In this document: positions 22,994-33,600 of the stretch, one piece after another
Position numbering within the stretch: position 1 is the first letter of the stretch
Layout: each line of letters begins with the position of its first letter
Assembly (NCBI GenBank): GCA_964015495.1
Contig: CAXHDG010000002.1
Location: forward strand, 1,449 to 65,448
DNA: 64,000 nt
Reading direction: 5' to 3'
Source of the DNA: an uncultured Magnetococcales bacterium
GTDB taxonomy: Bacteria; Pseudomonadota; Alphaproteobacteria; UBA2136; JAPKEQ01
Position numbers and translations under genes: made by a program
The notes under the pieces: generated by a model
What the model was told of the DNA's origin: nothing
Database searches by the model: none
What the model saw: only the letters and a program-made list of their open reading frames with translations

Positions 22994-24485
22994 AAACTGT
23001 TCCCGCAAAGACAGCGCTTGCAAGAAGAATAACGCTAAGCAAGCGAACAACTGCAAGAAGTTTATGTTCTGCCCCTGGAATGATTGCCGCAAAACCAAAC
23101 AAGAAAACAGCCATAATAATTGCAGGAACAATGCTTTTAATAAGGCCTGGAATAAGGATGCGACTGCCTACAAGGGGCACGCGTTGTTTTTTTCTGAGTA
23201 GCATGATCTGAAGTCCTGCATTAATCCAACCACAGATACCTGTAGCAAGGGCAATGCCTACATGGGCAAAATGCTGCATGAGGACGATGTTTAAAATTAC
23301 ATTACAAACAAGAATAAAAATGCTGATATAAAACGGCGTTTTTGTATCTTCGGCTGCGTAAAAAGCTGTGAGCGTCACTTTACTGAGGATAAACGCAGGT
23401 AGGCCAATACTATAACCCATCATGGCAAGGGCGCTTTGCCTTACGGAGTCATCCCCAAAGGCACCATGACCAAACAGCGTGCCCATAAGGTCAAAAGCAA
23501 GAAAAAGAAGGCCAACCATAGCGGCGCTTCCGAGCATGAGGCCAAAAATAAGAGCATTGAAAAATGTTGTTTTTACTTCGCTCCAGTCTTCTCTTTTTAG
23601 GGCGCGGGAAAAATGGGGCAGAAGAACTGTAGCCATCGCAACGCCAATGAGAGAGAGTGGAAGCTGATAAAAACGATTGGCATAATTAAGGTATGAAATA
23701 GCGCTTTCACCAAGGTAGGACGCCAAGTGCATATCAATAATAAAACTGAGCTGCAAAACACCAACAGCCATGGCCGCAGGGCCAAGGCGCCTAAAGAAGG
23801 AGCCAAGTTCTTTATGCTTTTTTGACTTGGGTCTATGCAGTGTAAGTGGGGTTTTTTTTAGGGCATACGCCATGTAGCCAAACTGCAAAATACCAGCAAC
23901 AGGAAGGCCTATTGCGCCAGCCAGTGCTGGATCAATACCGCCATAAGGTAGAGTCATAAAGCTAGAAATAAGGGCTACGTTAAAAAGGATTGGCATAGAG
24001 GCATAAGCGCTAAACTTACCAATAGTGTTACACATGCTACCAATGAGGCTGGCAGCAGAAATAAAGATAATATACGGGAATGTGATGCGCCCCAGAAAAA
24101 CGGTCATACCCATAACGTCAGGCTGGCTCTTCATACCAGGTGCGATAACGGTGCCAATAATCCACGGCATAAACATCCAAGCAAGAACCGTAATAGCCAT
24201 AAGGCTTGCAATTAAAATAGCAAAGATAAGGCTTGCAAATTTACTCGCCTCTTCTACGCCTTCACCTTCATGAACGCGGGAAAAAACAGGAACAAAGGAT
24301 ACGTTGAATGCACCTTCCGCAAAAAGTCTACGAAGGAGGTTGGGGAGTGTAAGTGCAACAAAAAAGGCATCTGCCATGCCGCCAGTGCCAAGCTTTCCCG
24401 CTATGACCATATCCCTCACAAAACCAGAAATACGAGATGCAAATGTCCATAAGCTAACAACGAGAGAGGATTTAAGAAGAGACAT
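22932..24485 (-). CDS. murJ: Lipid II flippase MurJ (MviN)
   Basis: 517 aa. N-terminus SRISGFVRDMVIAGKLGTGGMADAFFVALTLPNLLRRLFAEGAFNVSFVPVF is the conserved MurJ signature. ~14 TM segments. Confidence 0.85.
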   Translation of the reverse strand: MSLLKSSLVVSLWTFASRISGFVRDMVIAGKLGTGGMADAFFVALTLPNLLRRLFAEGAFNVSFVPVFSRVHEGEGVEEASKFASLIFAILIASLMAITVLAWMFMPWIIGTVIAPGMKSQPDVMGMTVFLGRITFPYIIFISAASLIGSMCNTIGKFSAYASMPILFNVALISSFMTLPYGGIDPALAGAIGLPVAGILQFGYMAYALKKTPLTLHRPKSKKHKELGSFFRRLGPAAMAVGVLQLSFIIDMHLASYLGESAISYLNYANRFYQLPLSLIGVAMATVLLPHFSRALKREDWSEVKTTFFNALIFGLMLGSAAMVGLLFLAFDLMGTLFGHGAFGDDSVRQSALAMMGYSIGLPAFILSKVTLTAFYAAEDTKTPFYISIFILVCNVILNIVLMQHFAHVGIALATGICGWINAGLQIMLLRKKQRVPLVGSRILIPGLIKSIVPAIIMAVFLFGFAAIIPGAEHKLLAVVRLLSVILLASAVFAGTVFMTGLARPADIRAALSRRRS

Positions 24486-27071
24486 CTAGTTTTTTGCCAA
24501 TGCTTTGAGGTTATAAAGCATGTCGTGAGCTTGCTTTGGTGTCATTTCATCAAGCGAGAGAGCAAGAACTTGTGTTTCGAGCTCGTTTGAAGTTTGCTCT
24601 GGCTGCGTCTCAAAGAGTGGCAGGTCTACAGGTGAGAGGTTTTTACCTGTGCCTGATGATTTTTCCAGCTTGTTAAGAATGCGATCTGCGCGCTGAGTAA
24701 GCGTGCTTGGCATGCCAGCAAGTTTGGCCACATGAATGCCGTAGGAGCGTGGTGCTTGGCCTTCTACCACTTTATAGAGGAAGGTTATGGTGTTTTTCCA
24801 TTCTTTCACACTTACGGAATGGTTTTCAATGTTGGGGTATGTTTCGCTCAAGGCTGTAAGTTCGTGGTAGTGGGTTGCAAATAGCCCGCGCGCTTTAACG
24901 TTTGTCATAAGGTGTTCAACGCAGGCCCATGCAATAGAAAGGCCATCATAAGTGGCGGTACCGCGGCCAATTTCATCCAAAAGGATCAGGCTGCGATCTG
25001 TCGCATTGTTCATGATAGAGGCTGTCTCTACCATTTCTACCATAAAGGTGGATTGTCCGTGCGCAAGGTCATCTCCGCTACCCAATCTGGTAAAAATACG
25101 ATCTACCACACCAATATGCGCACTTTTTGCCGGAACATATAGGCCCATGTGTGCAAGGAGTGTAATGAGTGCATTTTGACGAAGGAATGTGGATTTACCA
25201 GCCATGTTAGGCCCTGTAACAAGCCAAAGTTTTCCGTCTGTAAGTTCTGTATCATTGCCGATAAAGTTTTTAACAGACTGTTCAACAACAACGTGGCGGC
25301 CATCTTTAATGTTAAAAGTGCGGCTATCGTCTATTACTGGGCAAGTGTAGTGATTATCGCGCGCAAGCACAGCACCTGAAGTGAGTGCATCAAGCGTTCC
25401 GAGTGCATTTGCAAGAAGGGATAGCTCGGATGTGTATGTAAGAATAATGTCAGAAATTTCTTCAAAAATTTCAAGCTCTCTGCGGCCTACTTCAGTTTCA
25501 GCGCCAGCAAGATCACGCTCAAGGGTCATAAGCTCCGGCACAGAAAAGCGCTGAGCATTGGTCGTGGTTTGGCGGTGAATATAATGCTCTGGCACTTTAT
25601 CTGTTTGCCCTTTGCTCACCTCAATAAAGTAGCCCCACACTTTATTATACTTAATTTTAAGGGTGGTGATACCTGTGAGCGTTTTTTGCTCTTCTTCTAG
25701 GTTTCGGATGAGCGTAAGGCCGTTTTCTGCAAGGTCCGTAAACTTATCAAGTTCTGTGCAGTAGCCTTTTTTCACAAAACCGCCATCGCGTGCTAGAAGA
25801 GGAAGCCCTTCTTCTTCAATTGCGGAAAAGAGTTTTTTTTGCAGGTTTTCAAAACCTGACATGTATTTTGTAATGGTGCTAAAGAGCTCTGCGGCTTCTG
25901 AGCCTTTAAGGGCGCTGGAAATTGCAGGCAGGTTAGCAAGTGTTTTCTGGAACATATCTAAATCGCGCGGGCCAGATCTGCCAAGGGATAATCTGGTGAG
26001 CGCGCGCGCAATGTCGCATGTGCTTTTGAGGTGTTCTTGAATATCGGTTAGGGCGTTGTTGTGAGCAATTAGCCACCCAATGGCGTTTTGGCGGGCTTTA
26101 ATTTGCGTAGCACTGCTGAGCGGGCTTTGTAGCCAGCCTGCAAGTGTCCTTGCCCCTGCTGCGCTTACAGTTTTGTTAATCGTATGGTAAACGCTCCCTT
26201 TTCGCTCGCCTTTTTGTGTGTACATAAGCTCAAGCGTGTCACGTGTTGGCGTATCCATTTTAAGACCGTCAGCAATGGCCTGTTTGGTGGGTGGGTTTAG
26301 TTTTGGTGGTGTACCGATGTTTGTACTGGTGGCGTAACCCACAAGGGCGCCAAGTGTTTTGGTATGATCTTTATTATCAATACCAAGCGAGAAGAGGGAC
26401 TGGGTATTATAAGCGGCTTTAAGGGCGTCTTCTGCCGCCATGTCATCAAAGTAAAAGTCATGAACCGTAAGCAAAAATTTAAAAGAATTTTGGAAAGGTT
26501 TAAGCTGGCCCTCCAGTTCTGCTGGAATAAGGACCTCAGATGGTGAGAGCTGAGAAAGTTCTGTGCTGAGCATGCCATCAGGTACAGATTTTACGCTGCA
26601 TTCCCCTGTGGAAATATCGGCGTAGGCCATATGAAGCTTGCTGGTGCCTGTTGAAAAAAGACTGACGATATAATTGCTTTCATCTGCTTTAAGCATAGCA
26701 TCTTCTGTGAGCGTGCCTTTGGTATAAAGGCGGGTTACTTCACGTTTAACAAGTGCTTTAGCGCCATCACGTTTTTTGGCTTCTGCTGGCGTTTCTGTTT
26801 GTTCGCAGAGGGCAACTTTGTAACCTTGTGCTACCAGTGTGGCAATGTAGCCTTCTGCCGCATGGAAAGGAACGCCGCACATGGGGATGCCCTCATCCCC
26901 CTCTTTGGAGGAACGTCTGCGCGTAAGGGTGATGCTGAGAACGGATGATGCAATCATCGCATCATCAAAAAACATTTCATAAAAATCACCCATGCGATAC
27001 ATCAAAAGTGTATCCGGGTTATCGGCTTTAATGGCCTTGTACTGCTGCATCATTGGGGTGTCTTTGCTCAT
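24486..27071 (-). CDS. mutS: DNA mismatch repair protein MutS
   Basis: 861 aa. N-terminal TPMMQQYKAIKADNPDTLLMYRMGDFYEMFFDDA. Walker A GPNMAGKSTFLRQ. C-terminal ...STFMVEM...DEIGRGT...FATHYHEL. Confidence 0.95.
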   Translation of the reverse strand: MSKDTPMMQQYKAIKADNPDTLLMYRMGDFYEMFFDDAMIASSVLSITLTRRRSSKEGDEGIPMCGVPFHAAEGYIATLVAQGYKVALCEQTETPAEAKKRDGAKALVKREVTRLYTKGTLTEDAMLKADESNYIVSLFSTGTSKLHMAYADISTGECSVKSVPDGMLSTELSQLSPSEVLIPAELEGQLKPFQNSFKFLLTVHDFYFDDMAAEDALKAAYNTQSLFSLGIDNKDHTKTLGALVGYATSTNIGTPPKLNPPTKQAIADGLKMDTPTRDTLELMYTQKGERKGSVYHTINKTVSAAGARTLAGWLQSPLSSATQIKARQNAIGWLIAHNNALTDIQEHLKSTCDIARALTRLSLGRSGPRDLDMFQKTLANLPAISSALKGSEAAELFSTITKYMSGFENLQKKLFSAIEEEGLPLLARDGGFVKKGYCTELDKFTDLAENGLTLIRNLEEEQKTLTGITTLKIKYNKVWGYFIEVSKGQTDKVPEHYIHRQTTTNAQRFSVPELMTLERDLAGAETEVGRRELEIFEEISDIILTYTSELSLLANALGTLDALTSGAVLARDNHYTCPVIDDSRTFNIKDGRHVVVEQSVKNFIGNDTELTDGKLWLVTGPNMAGKSTFLRQNALITLLAHMGLYVPAKSAHIGVVDRIFTRLGSGDDLAHGQSTFMVEMVETASIMNNATDRSLILLDEIGRGTATYDGLSIAWACVEHLMTNVKARGLFATHYHELTALSETYPNIENHSVSVKEWKNTITFLYKVVEGQAPRSYGIHVAKLAGMPSTLTQRADRILNKLEKSSGTGKNLSPVDLPLFETQPEQTSNELETQVLALSLDEMTPKQAHDMLYNLKALAKN

Positions 27072-27142
27072 GGAATTAAGTTAGCATTTTCGCACTTTTT
27101 TGACCATTAGTTTTAGCGCTTTATAAAAAAAAGGCGCTGCGT

Positions 27143-27175
27143 GCCAAAAAAGAACCCGTAGCATGTGCTACGGGT
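27143..27175 (-). terminator. Rho-independent terminator for the minus-strand gene 27204..27704
   Basis: CCCGTAG-catgtg-CTACGGG hairpin, followed on the minus strand by TTCTTTTTTGG. Confidence 0.5.
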
Positions 27176-27203
27176 CAAGTGATTGGGTGGTGTTTAGGGT
27201 TTT

Positions 27204-27704
27204 TTAGGGCATGATAAAAGATGCGCGATCACTCGAGAAAGACCCTCGAGCCGCATCTGATTGTGCGAGATAGGTCGCTGCGTTATCCGCAGTCTGCTTA
27301 TTATAACTGTTCAGAGATTTTTTCATCGTGCTTGCAAGGATATTTTGCTGCGCGGTTTCTTTCATGGCATTGAGGATGTCCATTTTCTCTGTAAATTTTT
27401 GTTGTAAAGCTTTTTCCCGCTCCGTGATGAGCACGCGTAGGGTGTTGCGCTCTTTAGAGGAGAGGTTGTTTAGGTATAGCTTTTGTCGCTCTTCGGCAAG
27501 GCCGTAGCGACGTTCAACGTATGCTGATTTTGCATCTGTTTTCATTTGCTCGATAAATGAGAGATGATCTAGGTGTGTTCCAGCCTGTGCAGTATTGTAG
27601 GTAAGCGCTGCTGTTGCCGCAGTTGTAATCGCAAGTGTTAAGTAAACTGATTTCATTTTACTGGAGTAATCCCTTCTCGTTCCACATCTCCTTATAGATG
27701 CCAC
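27204..27704 (-). CDS. Secreted/periplasmic helical protein, function unknown (possibly Spy/CpxP-like)
   Basis: 166 aa. Signal peptide (LTLAITTAATAALTYNTAQA). The remainder is helical and charged. Confidence 0.4.
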   Translation of the reverse strand: MASIRRCGTRRDYSSKMKSVYLTLAITTAATAALTYNTAQAGTHLDHLSFIEQMKTDAKSAYVERRYGLAEERQKLYLNNLSSKERNTLRVLITEREKALQQKFTEKMDILNAMKETAQQNILASTMKKSLNSYNKQTADNAATYLAQSDAARGSFSSDRASFIMP

Positions 27705-27745
27705 AAAAAGAGGGTGTATACATAAAACTGACAGTATTGATAATT

Positions 27746-28555
27746 TTAGTCGACAATTGTCAGTTGTTGTGGGTGGGTGATAGAAATCATAGGGCCATTG
27801 ATTGGGATAAGTTTCCCTCTAACTTTTACTTTTGAACCTTTTAGGTGCTTGAATTTATTTAGTGTTTGTTTGGGGAAATTGCGTTTGTATCTGTCGTTGA
27901 TTTGAATGGTGAAATCCTGACGCCAATTTTTTCCGAAGTTAATATAAAATTTATTACCGACCTGGTTGGCATGGCTGACAGTACCTTCCACGATTGTAAA
28001 CTCACCAATACGTTCCTCTAGGTCTCTGACGTTTGATGCATTGAATGTTCGCCACTTTTTATGAGACCATAGCCCTTTTTTGAGAACTTGCGCTTTTGCC
28101 TCTTCCGCAAGGAGGGTATCTACGTGCTTGGTATTTTCAGGAAAGCTATATACGTGGGCAAGGCCTTCTTCGACAAGGGCCTTATTAAGCCATAAGCCAT
28201 CTTTTGTATAAAGGTGGGCAAGCTCTCTACCAAACTTGTCAGTTTTTCTTTTGTCATACTCAAGACGAACCGCTGTTCTATCTGTAAGGCGCTCAAGGCG
28301 GGCTTTGGCTTTATAAGCAAAAGGTTCGGCTTTACCGTTTTTGTAATTAATCTCTGGCGTGTTAATGCCAAGGAGGCGCACTTTAAGCCCATTGTTGAGC
28401 AAAACAGTATCTCCATCAAAAACAGATCTGACATAGTGATAGCCTTTAGGGGCTGCCTGTGCTGCGGGCATGCCAGCCACAAAAATAAGTATAAGTAGTG
28501 AGAGAGTGGTTCTCATGCGATTCATAAGCTTGCAATCCTTTATTCTTAACGGCAT
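27746..28555 (-). CDS. Secreted thermonuclease (SNase/micrococcal-nuclease-like) with a C-terminal extension
   Basis: Signal peptide. SVFDGDTVLL...VRLLGINTPE matches the SNase motif (DGDT...R(L)xGIDAPE). A ~100-aa extra C-terminal domain. Confidence 0.7.
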   Translation of the reverse strand: MPLRIKDCKLMNRMRTTLSLLILIFVAGMPAAQAAPKGYHYVRSVFDGDTVLLNNGLKVRLLGINTPEINYKNGKAEPFAYKAKARLERLTDRTAVRLEYDKRKTDKFGRELAHLYTKDGLWLNKALVEEGLAHVYSFPENTKHVDTLLAEEAKAQVLKKGLWSHKKWRTFNASNVRDLEERIGEFTIVEGTVSHANQVGNKFYINFGKNWRQDFTIQINDRYKRNFPKQTLNKFKHLKGSKVKVRGKLIPINGPMISITHPQQLTIVD

Positions 28556-28588
28556 TATAAGGGGGTAAAACGAAGAAAGAAAGTTTAT

Positions 28589-29074
28589 ATGGCGCTAAGA
28601 GGGGAAACGTCTGCCGATAGAGCAAACGTTGCAACATTGATTGCACGCACGTACGGCACAGCTGCTGCTGAAATTATTGAGAAAACAGGCATTCTAAGAA
28701 CAGAAGATGCTTTTGGCGAGCCTTACGGTTATGTGTGGGAAGAAGAAGGGCACTTGAAAGCTTACGCACTTTGCTCACCTGTGGTTAATGGTGGGTCTGT
28801 TATTTTTATGGCACCGCTTGCGTTTGATTTTTTGGATGAAGATTTTGATTTTTCTGGATTCCTGCCTTCTGTATTTGAGGCTGCAGAGAAGCGTGGCGTG
28901 GAAGCGATTGTGATTGCAGGTGACGCGGAGCAAAACGTGGAAGCAGGCTTTAAGCGCGCAGCTGATATGGCTGTAACGTCTAATAAGACTATTCCTGGTG
29001 GGGAGCTTCTTGTGAAGCCGCTTGCAGGTAGTTTTGAGGGTAAGGTGGCGATTCAGCTGCCAGCAGCTTTATAG
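28589..29074 (+). CDS. Hypothetical protein
   Basis: 161-aa ORF with a coding-like composition. No motif recognised. Confidence 0.3.
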   Translation: MALRGETSADRANVATLIARTYGTAAAEIIEKTGILRTEDAFGEPYGYVWEEEGHLKAYALCSPVVNGGSVIFMAPLAFDFLDEDFDFSGFLPSVFEAAEKRGVEAIVIAGDAEQNVEAGFKRAADMAVTSNKTIPGGELLVKPLAGSFEGKVAIQLPAAL

Positions 29075-29099
29075 TTATTAAATAGCTATAACTTTGAAT

Positions 29100-29130
29100 T
29101 AAAAAAGCGCCCCGTTGGGGGCGCTTTTTA
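29100..29130. terminator. Bidirectional rho-independent terminator
   Basis: AAAAAAGCGCCCC-GTTG-GGGGCGCTTTTT between convergent genes. Confidence 0.7.
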
Positions 29131-29151
29131 GTAGGCATGACGCCGAGTGTA

Positions 29152-30465
29152 TTAGTAGCGGTATGTTTCTGGCTTGAATGGGCCTTCAACAGGGACATCA
29201 ATGTAGCCTGCTTGCTTGTCAGTCAGGACAGTTAGCTTTGCACCGAGCTTATCTAGGTGCAGACGTGCCACTTTTTCATCAAGGTGACGCGGGAGTACAT
29301 GTACGCCAAGGTCATATTTCTCAGAGTTATTCCAAAGCTCAATTTGTGCAACCACTTGGTTTGTGAAGCTGCAGCTCATGACAAAGCTTGGGTGGCCTGT
29401 AGCGCAGCCTAGGTTTACAAGGCGGCCTTCAGCAAGGAGTACAATGCTTTTACCGTTGTTCAGGTGAACCATGTGAACTTGTGGCTTTACTTCTGTCCAT
29501 TTAAAGTTGCGCAGGGCATCTACTTGGATTTCAGTATCAAAGTGACCAATGTTACATACAATAGCATGGTCTTTCATTTTCAGCATGTTGTCTGCTGTAA
29601 TCACGTCAACGTTACCAGTTGTTGTTACGAAGATATCAGCTGTTTCAACGATGCTTTCAAGTGTATTAACTTCATAACCTTCCATGGCAGCTTGTAGGGC
29701 GTTGATGGGGTCAATTTCAGTGACGATTACGCGTGAGCCTTGGCTTTTAAGTGCCTGTGCGCATCCTTTACCTACGTCGCCGTATCCGCAGACCACAGAA
29801 ATTTTACCAGCGATCATCACGTCTGTTGCGCGCTTGATGCCATCAAGTAGAGACTCGCGGCAACCGTATAGGTTATCGAATTTAGATTTTGTTACACTAT
29901 CGTTGACGTTGATAGCAGGAATTTTCAGCTCGTCTTTCTTCATCATTTGCAGAAGCATGTGAACACCCGTTGTGGTTTCTTCACTTACGCCTTTAATGTC
30001 GTCTAAAAGCTCTGGAAATTCTTTATGAATCAGAATTGTCATGTCGCTTCCATCATCAAGAAGGATGTTTGGTGTCCAGCCATTCGGGCCTTTTACAGTA
30101 TCTCTGATGCAGTCCCAGAACTCATCGTCAGTTTCACCTTTCCAAGCAAATGTTGGAATACCGGCAGCAACCATGGCCGCAGCAGCTTGGTCTTGCGTTG
30201 AAAAAATGTTGCAACTGCTCCAACGAATTTCAGCACCAAGGTCAACTAGCGTTTCCATAAGAACAGCGGTTTGGATGGTCATGTGCAGGCAACCTGCAAT
30301 GCGTGCGCCTTTAAGTGGAGCTTTGCCTGCGTACTCTTTACGCAGTGCCATAAGGCCAGGCATTTCTTGCTCAGCAAGAGTGATTTCCTTGCGGCCCCAT
30401 TCAGCGAGGCTTAAGTCTTTAATTTTGTAATCTGTAAATGTGTTTACTTCAGCAGCGTTTGTCAT
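29152..30465 (-). CDS. ahcY: Adenosylhomocysteinase (S-adenosyl-L-homocysteine hydrolase)
   Basis: 437 aa. [17 protein letters not shown]...[10 protein letters not shown]-terminus. NAD-binding [11 protein letters not shown]-terminal ...PETYRY. Confidence 0.95.
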   Translation of the reverse strand: MTNAAEVNTFTDYKIKDLSLAEWGRKEITLAEQEMPGLMALRKEYAGKAPLKGARIAGCLHMTIQTAVLMETLVDLGAEIRWSSCNIFSTQDQAAAAMVAAGIPTFAWKGETDDEFWDCIRDTVKGPNGWTPNILLDDGSDMTILIHKEFPELLDDIKGVSEETTTGVHMLLQMMKKDELKIPAINVNDSVTKSKFDNLYGCRESLLDGIKRATDVMIAGKISVVCGYGDVGKGCAQALKSQGSRVIVTEIDPINALQAAMEGYEVNTLESIVETADIFVTTTGNVDVITADNMLKMKDHAIVCNIGHFDTEIQVDALRNFKWTEVKPQVHMVHLNNGKSIVLLAEGRLVNLGCATGHPSFVMSCSFTNQVVAQIELWNNSEKYDLGVHVLPRHLDEKVARLHLDKLGAKLTVLTDKQAGYIDVPVEGPFKPETYRY

Positions 30466-30683
30466 TTGAAAATCCTATTTGTGTGGTTACCTTTTTCCAC
30501 TTTTGTCAGACTTTAAGTAGATAAACTACTCAGCAGCTGCCAAAAAAGAAAAAATCTATCCCAAAATAGGACTTTTGTCCTAGTGCCTTAGTTTTAAGGC
30601 TTTGGGATATGCTCTTAAACGCAAAAGGCCTACCTTAATACGTGAGTGTATTAAGCCAGACCTCCCTTTAAAAGGCAATCTTT

Positions 30684-33600
30684 TTAGGATTTTGCTGTAA
30701 GACCCCTTAGTTGACCAATAATACTATTGATGTGAGCAATGCCTACGCCATCCAAGCGTTTAAGCTCTGCCACCATTGAGAGGTAGTTCTCAAGGCGCTC
30801 TGATCTTTCAGATGCCCATTCTTTAAGAGCCGCATCTTGTCCGCAAGATTTGCTAAGAGCCATCACGCCACGCGTGCCTTGCCTTTGCGCTGTATAAATG
30901 GCTTCCATAAGAGAAAGAACAGCAACACGTTCCCAGTTATTCGTGATTGGGATAGCGCGTGTAAGATCTTGCAGTGCACCAAGCTTAAGTGTTTCGCCAA
31001 GTGCAAAATGAAGTTTAGTCACTTCTTCAGCTTTACAGCCTTCCTCAAGCAGGATTTTGCTGATGTCTGGCATGCTATTTAGGCTCGGCAGTTTACTGAA
31101 GATATCAGAGTCCTTTTTCGGCAGGCCTTTTTTCATCCATTCTTTGCAACGTCTCTCAATGACTTTGCCATGGGCGGGAGTCACTGGTTTTTGCAGAATG
31201 GTTTCAAGTTTTGTAAATGATCCTTTGTAAGTATCAATGATGTCTTGAATGCCGCTCTCAATTGTTGCGTTTCTAATGAGCCAGTAACTCACAGCTTCAA
31301 CAAGCTTTTTCACGGTACGTAGCATGTCACGTTGGTGCTCGGCAGAAACCTTATTATCAAGAAGCTCTGCTTGTTTGTACCAGCGCTCTGCTTCAAGGAG
31401 GCGAGAAGCAGCAATGTGTGCTTTGGTAACAGTTTCAACTGATGATCCTGTTTCGTTTACCATGCGGTAAGTGTATGTAAGCCCCATGCGGTTCACAAGC
31501 TCGTTAGAGAGAACCGTTGCTACGATTTCACGCTTGAGGCGGTGGCCGTTAATTTCGGCTGTGTATTTCTTGCGTAAGACTTCAGGGAAGTAACGGAAGA
31601 GATAGCTTTCTAGCGCTTTATCATCAATCATATTGGTACCGAGAAGAATACTAAAGATATCCATCTTTACATAAGCCATAAGAACAGAGAGCTCTGGGCG
31701 TGTAAGACCTTTTTTGTTATGAGCGCGTTCAGTAAACTCTTCATCAGATGGTAAGAATTCAAGGTCACGATCAAGGAAATCTTTCTTTTCAAGGTCACGT
31801 GTGAGGCGTGCATAAGTATCGAGAGATTCTATACTCACTTGCTCTGCAATTGTTAGAATTTGTGCTTGTAGGTAGTTGTCACGCAGAACGTGCTTAGCGA
31901 CAGCGTCAGTCATATCTTCTAGGAGTACTGAGCGTTTTTTATCGGTAATTTTACCTTGCTCACGCACAGTATTAAGAAGAATCTTAATGTTCACTTCGTT
32001 ATCTGAGCAATCTACCCCAGCGCTGTTATCAATCGCGTCTGTATTGATAAGGCCGCCGTTTCGTGCGAATTCAATACGTCCAAGCTGTGTGCTACCTAGG
32101 TTTCCACCCTCACCAAATACTTTGGCGCCAACTTCATCCCCGTTAATACGAATTTGGTCGTTTGCACGGTCACTTGCATCAGCGTTGGTTTCAGTTTTAC
32201 CTTTTATGAAGGTACCGATACCACCATTCCAAAGAAGATCAGTTTTCATGGTTAAAATAGCACGAATGATTTGATCAGGTGTTGCGCTATCTTTATTGAT
32301 ACCAAGAAGTTTCTTCATCTCTTTTGTAAGATCAATAGATTTATCGTGGCGCGAGAATACACCGCCTCCTTTAGAAATAAGTTTAGTGTTGTAGTCGCTC
32401 CACTGAGAGTGCGTTTCATGGAAAAGACGGTTACGCTCTTTCCACGTTTTGGCGGCATGCGGTGTTGGGTCAATAAAGATATGCATGTGGTTAAAGGCTG
32501 CGACAAGGCAAGTATGCTTAGAAAGCAGCATACCGTTCCCGAATACATCTCCGGCCATATCACCAATAGCAACGCAGGTGAAATCTTCAGTTTGAATATC
32601 TGTTCCCAACGTTCGGAAATGGTGTTTCACACATTCCCAAGCTCCACGGGCTGTAATCCCCATTTTTTTGTGGTCGTAACCATTAGAACCACCCGATGCA
32701 AAAGCATCTCCAAGCCAAAAGCCGTTGTTTTTAACAGACCAGTACTGGCTTGAGCTCTCCGCAATGCCATTGGCAATATCAGAGAAGGTTGCTGTGCCTT
32801 TATCAGCAGCAACAACAAGATAAGGGTCATCATCATCGTGACGTTTTACTTCTCTTGGTGGCACAACTTTACCATCAATGAGATTGTCTGTAATACTGAG
32901 CAGGTGCGTCACAAAGCTAGAGTAGCGCGTTTCAACAACTTTCATCAGTTCCCCTCGCTCTTTAGGGAGGTCATGTTTAATGATAAATCCACCTTTAGCG
33001 CCAAGCGGTACAATGACAGAGTTCTTTGTCATTTGTGTTTTCATTAGGCCAAGGATCTCTGTACGGAAATCTTCATGGCGATCTGACCAACGCAGACCTC
33101 CACGCGCAATTTTTCCGCCGCGTAGGTGTACACCTTCAAACAATGTGTCATATACAAAAATTTCAAACATTGGTGCTGGCGCTGGCATGCCAGGAACCTT
33201 TGTACTATCTAACTTAAAGCAAAGTGTATCTGTATCGTTTTTGCGCTGCCATGCGTTGGTACGAAGGATAGCTTGTGTAAGCCCCATAATACGGCGAAGA
33301 ACAGTGTCTTCATCCAGAATACTTACATGAGCAAGATCAGCTTCAATTGTTTTAATGAGAGCTTTCACTTTACTTTGGCGACCAGAGATATTTTCTGGCG
33401 TCATGCGCACGTCAAATAGATCAACAATCTTTTTCGCAATTTTTGCATGTTTAATAAGCGTGTTGCGTACATAGTCACTGCCATGACGGCCGCCAACTTG
33501 CTTTAGGTAAGCTACAAATGAACGCAAGATAACAATCTGGCGCACAGTCATGCCTGAAGCGACAATAAGGCCATTAAGCGTATCGCTTTCAAGTGTACCT

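Noticed and set aside
30466-30683. SAH riboswitch upstream of ahcY
   Set aside because: The reverse-complement leader does not show the conserved SAH-element core segments on visual inspection. Left as an open check only.
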